Assembly: GCA_017624025.1 (NCBI GenBank)
Contig: JAGANY010000038.1
Coordinates: forward strand, 1,759 to 65,758
DNA from: Ruminiclostridium sp.
Lineage (GTDB): Bacteria > Bacillota > Clostridia > Oscillospirales > Ruminococcaceae
Length of the DNA stretch: 64,000 nucleotides
Reading direction: 5' to 3'
Numbering within the stretch: the stretch's first letter is position 1; every line of letters begins with the position of its first letter. A model generated the notes under the pieces. That model saw only the letters and a list, made by a program, of their open reading frames with translations. It did not search any database and had not been told where the DNA came from. Shown here one piece after another: positions 18,847-29,400 of this stretch. Both the position numbers and the translations under genes were made by a program.

Positions 18847-21800
18847 TTATTCAAAATCAAAATTGTTCCAGTATCCGTTCTGGCATTCGTAATACACAAG
18901 ATCCTTGTCATCAAGCAGTGTTGGATTTTTAAGAGCCTCCTCCGAGAACTTTTCTACTGCTTCCTTTGTTGGATGAAGATATGTGTTATCGTTGTTCCAG
19001 AAGTCTTCATCGGCAATATGATCGAGCACTATGCTTCCGACCGCCTTCATAACCGGCGGTTCAAGATCCGTAAGGAATATCATAGCTCTTAAAACCTGCC
19101 TGTCTGTGACAGTTGCTTCTGTGTCATAAGCAACATTCTTAAGCTTAAAGTCATTGAGCTTCCATTTATATCCTGTTGAATCGTCTCTTAAAGCGGATAC
19201 AAGGTAAGCGTTGCAGGGTGTTTCGCTCTGCTTCTGATTTTTATGGTCATAAGGATAAAGAACACAGAGTATTTCCGCTTCCGACTCGTTTTCATAAAGA
19301 ATTTTCCATTCGATATCTCCGATATAAGGTTCCCGTGAAAATTTGCCGTTCGCATATACCGAACCGCCGGCTATCGTAAGGTCAACACGGGATTCTTCGA
19401 AGATTTCGTTTATACATTCGTCGGTGTAGATACTGCTAAGATAATCATACAGCTCATAAGCTTCACAGAAATAGTCAAGCTCCGTACCATCAGAAGAAAT
19501 TATCGTCTTTGTGTAATCAACGCCCTGTGTGATATGATGCGAGCCGTTCATAGTAGCTTCCCATACGGTTTCCGCACTGTTTAAGAGATGCCACAGATTT
19601 TCATAAAGCCCTTCACAGTTCGGACGATAGATATATTCAGTAAAATCTATCTGGACGGAAAAGCCTTCTCCGTCGGGGTCAAGGGCTATAGCGTCCGCTT
19701 CCTCTAAGGAAGAAGAAAGAATGGTATTCGTATGGATAAAAATCTGGTCCTTATCCAGCTGGTTGCGTATGTAAACAATGTTGTAATCGCCCGCTTTTTC
19801 TACGCTGACATAGTTTATTCCTCTTACATATTCGGGATAACAGGCATTCTTAATCGTGTTTTTATCCCATACGTAAAGTATTGTTCTCCATTCCTTTTCA
19901 TCGGGCTTCGTATAATCGGGAGCGAAATCATAGTCTATTGCGTAATAGAATAAGTCGTCTCTTGCCATAGGGAACGATTCTCCCTCACAGCCTCCGAGGT
20001 ATAGCCAGCTTACTCCCGAGTAGTAATAGAATTCGCTGTGACAGGTTCTTCCTTCGTCGTCGGAAACCCGTCTGTATGCGTAATATGTGCCGTCTGAACG
20101 GGGATAATAGATAATTTCCTGGCAAACGCCTTTAAGAACATAACTGCTGTCCATACCGAAAGCGTCCTTTGCTTCGATAACTCTCTGCTTTAATTCGGTG
20201 AGCTCGCCTGTATTTTCCTCAAGCTCTCTGTCATAAGCTTCGAGTTTTGTTATATTCCATTTTCCGTCTGTTTTTTCTGCTGTAAAATTAAGATAGCGGA
20301 CATCGGGGAAGGTAGTTATATAATCATAAGCTTCGGGGTCTGTCGAACCGTAAAGAAGGGAATAGCGTATAGTATCCTCGCTTAATGTTCTGAGATATAT
20401 CTGACCTGTTCCGAGATACCCCTTATGAGCCCATCTCTTCCATTCAACACCCTCATCGTCCGTAACGATATTCGGAGTTTCGTTTATGCTGAAGCCTGTG
20501 CTTTCGTATATATATCTTGAACCAAAGGCTGTAATTTCGCCTGTGCGTATTTCTTTAAGCGGGTCTGTGTCAAGCCGTTCGTAAACACAGGTATAATCAC
20601 TTTTAAAAGACTCATAGTAAGGGTATTCATAATAATAGATATGTTCGGGATCGTCCTTATATATAGTAATAATATGCGGTTCTCCTGCCTTAACTCCTAC
20701 CATCATATACGAATCCTCTGTTTCGTAGGGGGCAGTACCGAGGCTGTTCCAGGAATATCCCGAAAAATCTCCGTTATAGGTAAGGTTAAGAATATCTCCC
20801 TCGGGATAGTTTATGCTTTCGGAGAATACCACCTTCCATTTGCCGTAAAAATACTTATCAAAAAGGCTGTAGTTTTCGGCTGAATCATTAAGATTAAGGT
20901 CATTAAGCCTTATTTCTTCGCTGTTTCCGTCGATATAGAAAAGCTTTGATTCCTTTGCGGTAAGCGTATGGAGGTCTATAGTATAGCGTGCCCTTACGCC
21001 TCCTTCAGAGGTCGTTGCTATCAAGGGTTCAGCTGTGTTATAGAAATGCAGAGGTTCTGTGGAAATAAGCTCAGCGGGATTTCCAGAAGCGTCGAGTATT
21101 TTAATTTCCTCTATGCTGTCCTTTGTACAGCTGTAAAGATATGTTTTATATTTTCCTGCAACTGTTTCGCTTGGAAGGGGTATCGTAAGAGCAAGCAGAT
21201 TTCCGCTTTCATATTCCTCGTAAGCAAGAATCGGAGGCTGGTCATTGACGATTTCGAAGGTCATACCGAGCTCTTTTGTAAAAACGATATCGTTCATATA
21301 AACCGTATCGAATCTTACACATTTTATATCGGTATAAGTTTCATAGGTAAGCTGTACATCGAAATCATCATAATCAGCGGTAAGGGTATTTATATATGGT
21401 TCGTTGTTCTCCGCACGCTTGAATACAACTTCGTAGTTTGAGAAGGTAATCGTGTTGTCATCAAGCCTGTAGTATCTGAACATATAGTCGGGATAATCGG
21501 GACACATAAAGAAGTAGTACGTTAAATCGCTCCATACGTCACGGAGGAATATACCATCTTCTGTTTCGGCGATAAGCTTGTTAGCACTTATAGTTAAGGG
21601 GTAATGAATATTATCGTTTCCGCCGTACGCCCTTATCCATCTTCCCATAAACGGATTATCTTCTATGTCATATAATTCAGTAAATTCAAGCTCTCCTATA
21701 TTTACGTAGTTAAGATTGTTATCAACAGGGTATAGGAAGGTTTCTGTTACAGTACAGCTCTCGAAATCTATCATATAAGTCAGACGTTCCTTACCGTAAG

Positions 21801-22524
21801 CCGGTTCGGGCTGTACAGAATTCTTTTCAATGTCCTCGATACAATAATCATAAGCCGAAACAAAAGAGAAGCGTTCTCCCGATTCGTTTAGGAGCGGGCT
21901 TATGGATTCCCTGTCGGTATGGAAGAGATATATTGTGTATTCGATTCCCGTATTGTTTTCGCCTAATTTCGGGACAATAATCTCTGCTATATCCCCGTCC
22001 TTAAGACGTGCTGTTTTTAACTGGGGCTTTGAGGCACCTATTTTTACGGGAGGAATATCGGTAATAAGCTGACAGGTATTTACTCCGTCAACAAATATTT
22101 CAAGTACAAGAGGTGAACCGTCATCGCTTATGCTCAGCTGTACGGAATAGTCGGAGAATTTTGAAATCGAGATTTCGGTATCCTCTCCTTCGGTAACAGG
22201 CGGTGCTGTAGTCTGAATAGTATCAGGTGTTGCAACGGTAATTTTTGTTGTTGTCTGTGACGGATTTTCTTCCCGTATGTTATACTTTTTCAGTATATGA
22301 CCTGCACCGAAAATAAGACCGATAGATGCGGCGGCTGTAAGAGCTATTGCGGCAGCGTGCCTTAATTTTGTGTTTTTATTGTCCTGTGGCTTTTCAACAA
22401 TGATTTCTGTGAGCCTGCCTTCGGAAGCATTGTTTTTAGCGAGAGCCTCGGCAGTCTTATCTATGTATTTCTCGTCAATATTGTCTATAATTTCGTTCCA
22501 TAGCTTTTTTTCTTTTTCACTCAT
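18847..22524 (-). CDS. Giant (1225 aa) anti-sigma factor with a modular extracellular region
   Basis: N-terminal IIDNIDEKYID motif, one TM, overlap with the ECF sigma stop, internal repeats. Confidence 0.75.
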   Translation of the reverse strand: MSEKEKKLWNEIIDNIDEKYIDKTAEALAKNNASEGRLTEIIVEKPQDNKNTKLRHAAAIALTAAASIGLIFGAGHILKKYNIREENPSQTTTKITVATPDTIQTTAPPVTEGEDTEISISKFSDYSVQLSISDDGSPLVLEIFVDGVNTCQLITDIPPVKIGASKPQLKTARLKDGDIAEIIVPKLGENNTGIEYTIYLFHTDRESISPLLNESGERFSFVSAYDYCIEDIEKNSVQPEPAYGKERLTYMIDFESCTVTETFLYPVDNNLNYVNIGELEFTELYDIEDNPFMGRWIRAYGGNDNIHYPLTISANKLIAETEDGIFLRDVWSDLTYYFFMCPDYPDYMFRYYRLDDNTITFSNYEVVFKRAENNEPYINTLTADYDDFDVQLTYETYTDIKCVRFDTVYMNDIVFTKELGMTFEIVNDQPPILAYEEYESGNLLALTIPLPSETVAGKYKTYLYSCTKDSIEEIKILDASGNPAELISTEPLHFYNTAEPLIATTSEGGVRARYTIDLHTLTAKESKLFYIDGNSEEIRLNDLNLNDSAENYSLFDKYFYGKWKVVFSESINYPEGDILNLTYNGDFSGYSWNSLGTAPYETEDSYMMVGVKAGEPHIITIYKDDPEHIYYYEYPYYESFKSDYTCVYERLDTDPLKEIRTGEITAFGSRYIYESTGFSINETPNIVTDDEGVEWKRWAHKGYLGTGQIYLRTLSEDTIRYSLLYGSTDPEAYDYITTFPDVRYLNFTAEKTDGKWNITKLEAYDRELEENTGELTELKQRVIEAKDAFGMDSSYVLKGVCQEIIYYPRSDGTYYAYRRVSDDEGRTCHSEFYYYSGVSWLYLGGCEGESFPMARDDLFYYAIDYDFAPDYTKPDEKEWRTILYVWDKNTIKNACYPEYVRGINYVSVEKAGDYNIVYIRNQLDKDQIFIHTNTILSSSLEEADAIALDPDGEGFSVQIDFTEYIYRPNCEGLYENLWHLLNSAETVWEATMNGSHHITQGVDYTKTIISSDGTELDYFCEAYELYDYLSSIYTDECINEIFEESRVDLTIAGGSVYANGKFSREPYIGDIEWKILYENESEAEILCVLYPYDHKNQKQSETPCNAYLVSALRDDSTGYKWKLNDFKLKNVAYDTEATVTDRQVLRAMIFLTDLEPPVMKAVGSIVLDHIADEDFWNNDNTYLHPTKEAVEKFSEEALKNPTLLDDKDLVYYECQNGYWNNFDFE

Positions 22525-23066
22525 ACTTCAACACCCCTTTCCGAAAGATATTCCTTAAGCTCGTTTCGCGTTCGTAAAAGCCGTGACCTTACGGCGGTTT
22601 CGCTCATATTGAAATTCTCGCCTATATCCCGTATGGACATATTAAAATAATATCTCGAAATAAAAATATCACGGTTTTTCTGTTTTATGGTTCCGAGAAA
22701 GCTGTTAAGGTGTTCGGAAACGATTTTATTGTCATACTCTTCTTCAAGAGTTTTTTCGGCAGGAATAATCTCGAACAGTTCATCGTACTGCTCCTCGTAT
22801 CCTTTTCTGCTTATGGATTTAAGAGCAGTTACGGCTGTATTTCTTACTATTTTACAAAGATAACCGCAAAGGGATTCGGGCCTCTTGGGCGGAATTGCAT
22901 TCCATAGCTTAAGATACGAGGTGTTAAGACATTCTTCCGTGTCCTCGCTGCTATGGAGAATTCCGTTTGCAATTTTTATACATAGGCTGTTGTATTTTGC
23001 TTTTGTTTCGGCAATAGCCTGTTCTGAACGTGAAAAGAACAAATCTATTATTTTTATATCGTCCAT
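22521..23066 (-). CDS. ECF sigma factor
   Basis: MDDIKIIDLFFSRSEQAI, EDTEECLN, LWNAIPP, RYYFNMSIRDI, VRSRLLRTR; ATG at 23066. Confidence 0.92.
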   Translation of the reverse strand: MDDIKIIDLFFSRSEQAIAETKAKYNSLCIKIANGILHSSEDTEECLNTSYLKLWNAIPPKRPESLCGYLCKIVRNTAVTALKSISRKGYEEQYDELFEIIPAEKTLEEEYDNKIVSEHLNSFLGTIKQKNRDIFISRYYFNMSIRDIGENFNMSETAVRSRLLRTRNELKEYLSERGVEV

Positions 23067-23090
23067 AAAAATTCCCCCTTCAATTTTTCT

Positions 23091-23129
23091 TTTCACTATA
23101 TATAACTATGGATAATAAAAAATATCGCA
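23091..23129 (-). promoter_or_regulatory. Putative autoregulatory ECF promoter
   Basis: TGCGAT-N16-AGTTATATATAGTGAAA. Confidence 0.45.
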
Positions 23130-23180
23130 TTATTTTTTTAATTATTTTTATAATATCATAGTTTTACCTGTTTTTCAATG

Positions 23181-23209
23181 TTGACAAAGGGCATTATGTT
23201 TTTTATAAT
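23181..23209 (+). promoter_or_regulatory. Consensus sigmaA promoter
   Basis: TTGACA-17-TATAAT. Confidence 0.85.
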
Positions 23210-23239
23210 GGTTATATAAGACTTACGGAGGTGCTTTTT

Positions 23240-24019
23240 ATGAGCGAATACGAGATTTTTAAAGCCTGCTTTCCGGAGCTTATGCTTACGGAAGAGCAAT
23301 TCGATATACTTACAGAAAAAAAGAGCTGCCGCATAATCCGTGACGGAGAGGCGGCAGCGATAGTAAAAAAGAAAGAGGTATTATTCTTAGCCGTTGCTCC
23401 GTCTGAACAGGGCAAGGGCAAAGGTAAGGCGTTGCTTAAAAAATGCGAGGAATATATAAAAGAAAACGGCTACGATGAAGTTGTCCTTAACGGTTTATTT
23501 CCCGGTGCAACCGATAATTCGGAAGGATTTTTTCTGAAACGCGGTTATACCGCCGGAGGAGAATTTGTAGAAATGGGTATGGATATAACCGGTTTCAGAA
23601 GTAAGGAAAACAACACGGAGTGCGGTGTAAGCTATGAATTTTATAACGGTGAGCACAGCAAGCTGATTTCTGCCGTTGAAAAGGTAATTCCCGATTGGAT
23701 ACAGTATTTTACAGAAAATGAGTCTGTGCTATGCGGTATGAAAAACGGAGAGGTTGCTTCGTTCTGTATAATAGGCGAGGACAAAACCTGTTTGTTGTCT
23801 GATGAAAAATCGAAGGTAGGAAGTATCGGCTGTGTTGGAACTGTACCGGAGTACAGAAAACAGGGTATCGGTCTTACTATGGTAGAAAAAGGTACGGAGT
23901 ATCTTAAGGAAAAGGGCTGTGATAAATGCTTTATCCATTACACTCATCTCGAAAACTGGTACGGAAAGCTTGGATATAAGACCTTTTTGCGTTTTACGCC
24001 TATGAGTAAGAAGCTTTAA
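23240..24019 (+). CDS. Tandem-GNAT acetyltransferase
   Basis: Two motif-A copies: VAPSEQGKGKG and VPEYRKQGIG; WYGKLGY. Confidence 0.88.
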   Translation: MSEYEIFKACFPELMLTEEQFDILTEKKSCRIIRDGEAAAIVKKKEVLFLAVAPSEQGKGKGKALLKKCEEYIKENGYDEVVLNGLFPGATDNSEGFFLKRGYTAGGEFVEMGMDITGFRSKENNTECGVSYEFYNGEHSKLISAVEKVIPDWIQYFTENESVLCGMKNGEVASFCIIGEDKTCLLSDEKSKVGSIGCVGTVPEYRKQGIGLTMVEKGTEYLKEKGCDKCFIHYTHLENWYGKLGYKTFLRFTPMSKKL

Positions 24020-24147
24020 AAAACTTCCGAAGCCGACCGTAAGCGATGCCGTTTCCGACATGGACGGCTTCAGAAAAATGCAGGTAGGAGTTTTTCACTG
24101 CACCTGTATTATATCAGTATTATTGTCCTATAAAAAGGACTCATATA

Positions 24148-25074
24148 TTAATTTATCGGAATTTCCGAAAGAATATGGGAATTTATACTCTTTTCATCGG
24201 CGGTTACCGATTTTATCGACATTCCGTCGTAGGTTTTATAATAATAAGTCATATTCGTAGTATCAATGCAACAGGAATACGTTGTATAATGATATTTTCC
24301 GTCTGGGGTCAAAACTGCTCCTTTCGGAATAGCAACATTGTCGAGTAAATGAAAAAACTGAGCAATATTATTGCTGTCACAAGCTGAGTTTTTCAGCAGG
24401 AAATATGCCCGTATAAATCTCGAAGCGGGCGAAAAATCGCCGGGAAGACCGATACTGCCGAACCCTAAGCCGAAAGGCTTTATATAAGCGTTTGTCGGGA
24501 ATTTGGGGGTAAGTCTTTCATATTGCGATGCATTTTCAGAATGAAAGGGAAAAGGCGGATTGTTTGTAAGTACGCCGAAAGGATTGTCGTATATCTTCAT
24601 TCCTTCTCCTGTACGTTCTACTGTTATGCTTTCCTTTTTATCCGCAATATGCCAGTGCAAAGGCGATAAAGGAAGCTTATCGTTGAATGGAACGCCGATG
24701 ATATTTGTTTCTTCGAGAAGCTTTTTCGCTTCGGTAACGCTGCGACATTTCCCGAGTATCCACGGTATAAGTTCATAGGGGGCGATATTGTTTTTTCCTG
24801 CTTCTTCGTTTTCGGAATAAACAGCGTTATCGTTGAATTTAAGAGCGGAAATACATAACCCCGTTTCATTTCCGCCCTCGGCATAAAGAGGAAAACCCTC
24901 CTCGGTCGTTCCCATACCGATTACTGCATAATGCTTTTCGGGAGCCTGGACTTTCTTGAAGCTTATAGGAAAGCTTCGAGGCATTATAATAACCCGTTCA
25001 CCGAAGCTGTAATCAATGTCCATATTTCTTCCGAAGTAAAAATTCCCGTTGTTCATAGAGATACTTGTACACAT
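24148..25074 (-). CDS. Choloylglycine hydrolase / penicillin V acylase family (Ntn hydrolase)
   Basis: Start MCTS (Cys2 nucleophile) at 25074; FGRNMD, LTNNPPF, GLPGDFSPASRFIRA. Confidence 0.9.
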   Translation of the reverse strand: MCTSISMNNGNFYFGRNMDIDYSFGERVIIMPRSFPISFKKVQAPEKHYAVIGMGTTEEGFPLYAEGGNETGLCISALKFNDNAVYSENEEAGKNNIAPYELIPWILGKCRSVTEAKKLLEETNIIGVPFNDKLPLSPLHWHIADKKESITVERTGEGMKIYDNPFGVLTNNPPFPFHSENASQYERLTPKFPTNAYIKPFGLGFGSIGLPGDFSPASRFIRAYFLLKNSACDSNNIAQFFHLLDNVAIPKGAVLTPDGKYHYTTYSCCIDTTNMTYYYKTYDGMSIKSVTADEKSINSHILSEIPIN

Positions 25075-25122
25075 AGCTTTAACTCCTTTTTTATTATTAT
25101 GGAGCAAAAGAAAGGTTTTATT

Positions 25123-25818
25123 ATGTTATATAAAAAAATAGTAAAGGGATTTTTTATCGAACGTCCCAACAGATTTATTGCAAGAGTTGATATTAACGGT
25201 ACAATGGAAACTGTACACGTTAAAAATACAGGCCGTTGCCGAGAGCTTCTGGTTAAAGATGCAGTAGTTTATCTTTCTGAAAGCGACAATCCCGAAAGAA
25301 AGACAAAATATGACCTTATAGCTGTGGAAAAGAAGCGGGAGGGAAAACCGTCCCTGCTTATAAATATGGACTCACAGGCTCCCAATGCTGTTGCAGAAAA
25401 GTGGCTTAAAAGCGGAGCATTGTTTTCTGAAAATGCGGTAATAAAGCGTGAAATAAAATACGGTAATTCACGTTTTGATTTTGGCATTACTGATGGAGAT
25501 GAAAAGGCTTTTCTCGAGGTAAAAGGCGTAACACTTGAATATGACGGCACAGCTATGTTTCCCGACGCACCGACAGAACGTGGAGTAAAGCATATCAACG
25601 AGCTTATTGAATGCGTGAATAAAGGCTATAAGGCGTATATACTTTTCGTTATCCAGATGAAAGAGATAAATCGTTTTAAACCTAACGAGGCTACCCATAA
25701 GGAATTTGCCGAAGCTTTAAGAAAAGCAAGCAAATCGGGTGTGACGATACTTGCTGTTGATACCATAGTAACCCCGGAGAATATGGTGATAGATAAATTT
25801 GTGGAAACCGAATTGTAA
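25123..25818 (+). CDS. sfsA: SfsA DNA/RNA nuclease (sugar fermentation stimulation protein)
   Basis: RPNRF, HVKNTGRCREL, SRFDF, EVKGVTL, FPDAPTERGVKH. Confidence 0.93.
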   Translation: MLYKKIVKGFFIERPNRFIARVDINGTMETVHVKNTGRCRELLVKDAVVYLSESDNPERKTKYDLIAVEKKREGKPSLLINMDSQAPNAVAEKWLKSGALFSENAVIKREIKYGNSRFDFGITDGDEKAFLEVKGVTLEYDGTAMFPDAPTERGVKHINELIECVNKGYKAYILFVIQMKEINRFKPNEATHKEFAEALRKASKSGVTILAVDTIVTPENMVIDKFVETEL

Positions 25819-25822
25819 AAAA

Positions 25823-25856
25823 TGACACCTTTTTTGTTTTTTGGTGTTATATGGTA
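25823..25856 (+). promoter_or_regulatory. Putative autoregulatory ECF promoter
   Basis: TGACAC-N16-TGTTATATGGTA. Confidence 0.45.
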
Positions 25857-25872
25857 CAAAGGGGGAAGATAA

Positions 25873-26415
25873 ATGGAAGATAAGGCAATAATTGAATTAT
25901 TCTTTTCCCGTTCGGAACAGGCTATTACAGAAACGGAAAAAAAATACGGTAAGCTTTGCCGTAAAATATCATATAACATTTTAAAGAACGAGGAAGATAC
26001 GGAGGAATGTATAAATTCAGCCTTCCAAAAGCTCTGGAGCACTATTCCGCCGAAAAATCCCGAGCATTTATGCGGATATCTCTGTACGATAATAAGAAAT
26101 ATTGCTCTTAACGTTATCCGTAAGGGAAACAGAAGAAACGAGGATTTTTACGAGGGACTTTCTGAGGTTATTCCCGACAGTAACACCGTTGAAAAGATGT
26201 ATGACAGCAATCAGATAGCTTTATACATAAACGAATATCTCGGAAAAACCAGCAAAAAGAACCGCCTTGTATTTACTGCAAGGTATTATTACGGAATGTC
26301 GGTAAATGCTGTTGCGGAGAGCCTCGGTATGACGGAAAACAGCGTAAAATCGAGACTTTCGAGAGTACGTAAGGAGTTAAAGGCATATCTTTCGGAAAGG
26401 GGTGTTGAGGTATGA
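25873..26415 (+). CDS. ECF sigma factor (close paralog of 22521..23066)
   Basis: IIELFFSRSEQAI, EDTEECIN, LWSTIPP, VKSRLSRVR, YLSERGVEV. Confidence 0.92.
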   Translation: MEDKAIIELFFSRSEQAITETEKKYGKLCRKISYNILKNEEDTEECINSAFQKLWSTIPPKNPEHLCGYLCTIIRNIALNVIRKGNRRNEDFYEGLSEVIPDSNTVEKMYDSNQIALYINEYLGKTSKKNRLVFTARYYYGMSVNAVAESLGMTENSVKSRLSRVRKELKAYLSERGVEV

Positions 26416-29400
26416 GCAAAAATAACGGCTTCTGGGACAAGATTTTTGATAAGCTTGATACACGATATATAAACGAAGTCTCGGATGAAATCAACAAAAA
26501 CCTTGCCGATGAGGGAGAACTTCACGAAATAATCGTGGACAGGCCCAAAGGTAAAAAAATAAAATGGCGTGTGCCTATGGCAATAACTGCCGCAGCCGTA
26601 CTTATAGCGGGCGGTCTTACGTTCAGAGGGAAGTTTACGGGGCTGGAAAAGCCTGCTGTTTCGGTTGAGAATACAACAGGCTACGGCTATGCAACTGTAT
26701 ATAAAAATGAAAAATATTATATTGATATTTCTCTCTATGACAATAACTGGGTTACAGAAACCACTATTGAGCTTATTGAGCTTATAAACAGCATCGAGCT
26801 TCACAAAACAGAATATGCTCCGAAAATCTACGAAGAAGAAAACTTTACAATAAGACTTGAAAAACAGGACGGAAGCGAGGATATAATAAGGGTAGAGGAA
26901 TGCTATAAGGATGGGGTTGAGCCTTATTATTTCCTTACGAAGAACGACGTGATATATGAAGTGAGCGAAGAGGATTATTACGCTGTTTATTCTCTGTTCG
27001 GAAAGTTTACGAACATTCTTGTTCCCGTAAATATGAGCGGTAATTATTATCTTAACGATAATGTATATCTGACTCTTGATTCATCGGTGAAATCAATTAC
27101 TCTGAAGGGGTCAGAGGCTTATGATTTTATTTTTGAGCAGGAAATGACAAATGCGGGTGTGACCGAAGCAAGCGAAACCTTTAAAAAAGAAATAGACGGT
27201 ATTTATAAAAAATATTCCGATACCGTGTTTTATGAAATATTCATATCCGAGGGCGGAGCTTTGTCGAAGCTAAACGAGGGTTACCGCTATGAACTCAGGC
27301 TTCCTGATGATGATTATATAAAGCCTGTGTTTTACTATAACAACGGTTCGACGAATAAGATTTCATTCTACGGTTATGAGTTTAAAAGAGAGAAGGTTAC
27401 ACAGATTGAATATACCCACGAGTTCCATAGTGCGAAGATTAACTTTACGGAGCTCGACGAGGTACATTCTCTCGGAATAAACGGTATAGCTATGCCCTTT
27501 GAGGATGAAGCAAAGGCAAAGGAATTCTATTCCTCGTTTACAGGAAATGATGGTATAGAAAGAATAGGCGAAACTATACTCGAAGATGCGTCCTTTGAGC
27601 CGTCAACCTACTGTGATATGTCTAATGACACAAAATACGCTTTCCTTTCATATAAAACAGAGGATGACGGAATTCTTTATATTACTGCCTGTGTTGATGA
27701 AACAGATAAAAGAAAGATAAGACTTCCCTGGGATACAAAGCTTTATTTTCCCGAAAATAACGAAACAGTATTTTCCAAGATAACCGATTATGACGGAAAA
27801 GAGCTTGATGTAAAGATTGGCGGAGTAAGGTGCGGAAGCGAGTATTATTATCTTGCGGAATGGATGAAGGACGGGCTGAATTATTGCGTTTCAACAAAAA
27901 ATATATCAGTTGTTGATTTTCTTGATGTTCTTGCAACGCTTATAATTGATACTGATGAAATAGGCGGAGCGAACTTTCAGTATGTCGATATACCCTCTGA
28001 TAAAAGCCTTTATACCCTCGATTTCCAGATCTTTTACGATAGCTTCAGAGGTATATGGACCCTTAACGAAGACAGGTATATAAGTCCCGACGGAGCGGTT
28101 TCGAGTATTTATACCGCTGATCCTATAAAAGAAATAAATCTTGGCTGGAACGATAATCTTTTCAGCTATACCGAAAATGATCTTATCGGCTTTTACCGTA
28201 CCGATTATGCCTCGTATATGCTTGGGGAAAGTATTGTATGCGTTGTAATCGACAACGATCCTGATACAATGTATATGTATCCCGTTGCAAATACCGCTGT
28301 CGGATATGAAACATCCGGAGAGTGGCTGGAATACACAAAGACCTCTGACGGAGATGTTATGGGCTTTACAGGTATGTACGGACGTCTCGGATTTCTTGAG
28401 CTTTGCGAAAACTGTAATATTGATCCCGAATGGATATTCGATACTGTTGTAGTGGATAAAGACGGAAATCACTGGACAAGACCGAGAGACCGATTTGTTG
28501 ATTTTCCCGATGTAGGCGTAAGTAAACGCCAGTACGGAGAAATAATGCTTCATATTGAGCTTACCTGCTCTGAAACGAGAGAACGGAAATATTTTTCCTT
28601 CAGCTTTAAAGGCGATGATTTAAAAAGCGAGGAAGGCGATATCCCTGTTATGTCGGATGAGCATTATCCTTATGACCCGGGCATTTTATCTGTAGAAGCA
28701 TTCCCGACGGAGCTTGCTCTTGAGGTTTATGAGGATGTACAGAAAAAAGCAGAGGAATATTCGGGCTACAGCTTTGTAACAGAGGTTGAGTTTTATCCTT
28801 GTCCCGACGGAAGCTATTACGCTGTAAGAGTTATGGGTTCGAACCAGGCACAGTGGCTTTCGGATTTCGAGGTGCTTTATAATGACGGAAACGGCTATAC
28901 CGTCATAAGCGATGAATATACAACATTTATGGGTATGGTGATATGTGCTTCCGAAGAGAACAGATTCTATATTGCTTATAAGAACGGTAACGAAACAGAT
29001 GACGAAATATTTATCGACTGTATCGTAAACGGAAATGTCGTTTCATCCTATGAGCTTCCTTATGCTGAGGGAGACAATAATGTTTCGGGGCTTTCCGTTT
29101 CTGATAAAGAGCTTACGGTAGAGTACGAAATTTACAGCTCAACAGGACTTGAAAACAGATATGTAAAGATAGGATATGATGACCCTTATAATCCTGAGCT
29201 TCTTGCGTCATCGGGCGTAGTTACTGCAGAACCGGAACAGCAGGAACCCTTAAGCGGATACAGACAGATACAGGAGGTCGGAACACATCTTCATTTTAAC
29301 AGTATAACTCCCTCGTATATGTCAATGCCGAGAGAGGGAATGTACGAAATTACGGCGAACGAAGCAAGCAATATCGCATACGCAAACGGTGAAATGATAG

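Noticed and set aside
24060-24147. Fluoride riboswitch (ACUCCUAC resembles its 3' end) and ORF 24060..24260
   Set aside because: The 5' GGxGAUGG..UUC element is missing and no gene lies downstream on that strand; the ORF has no RBS and overlaps a real gene.
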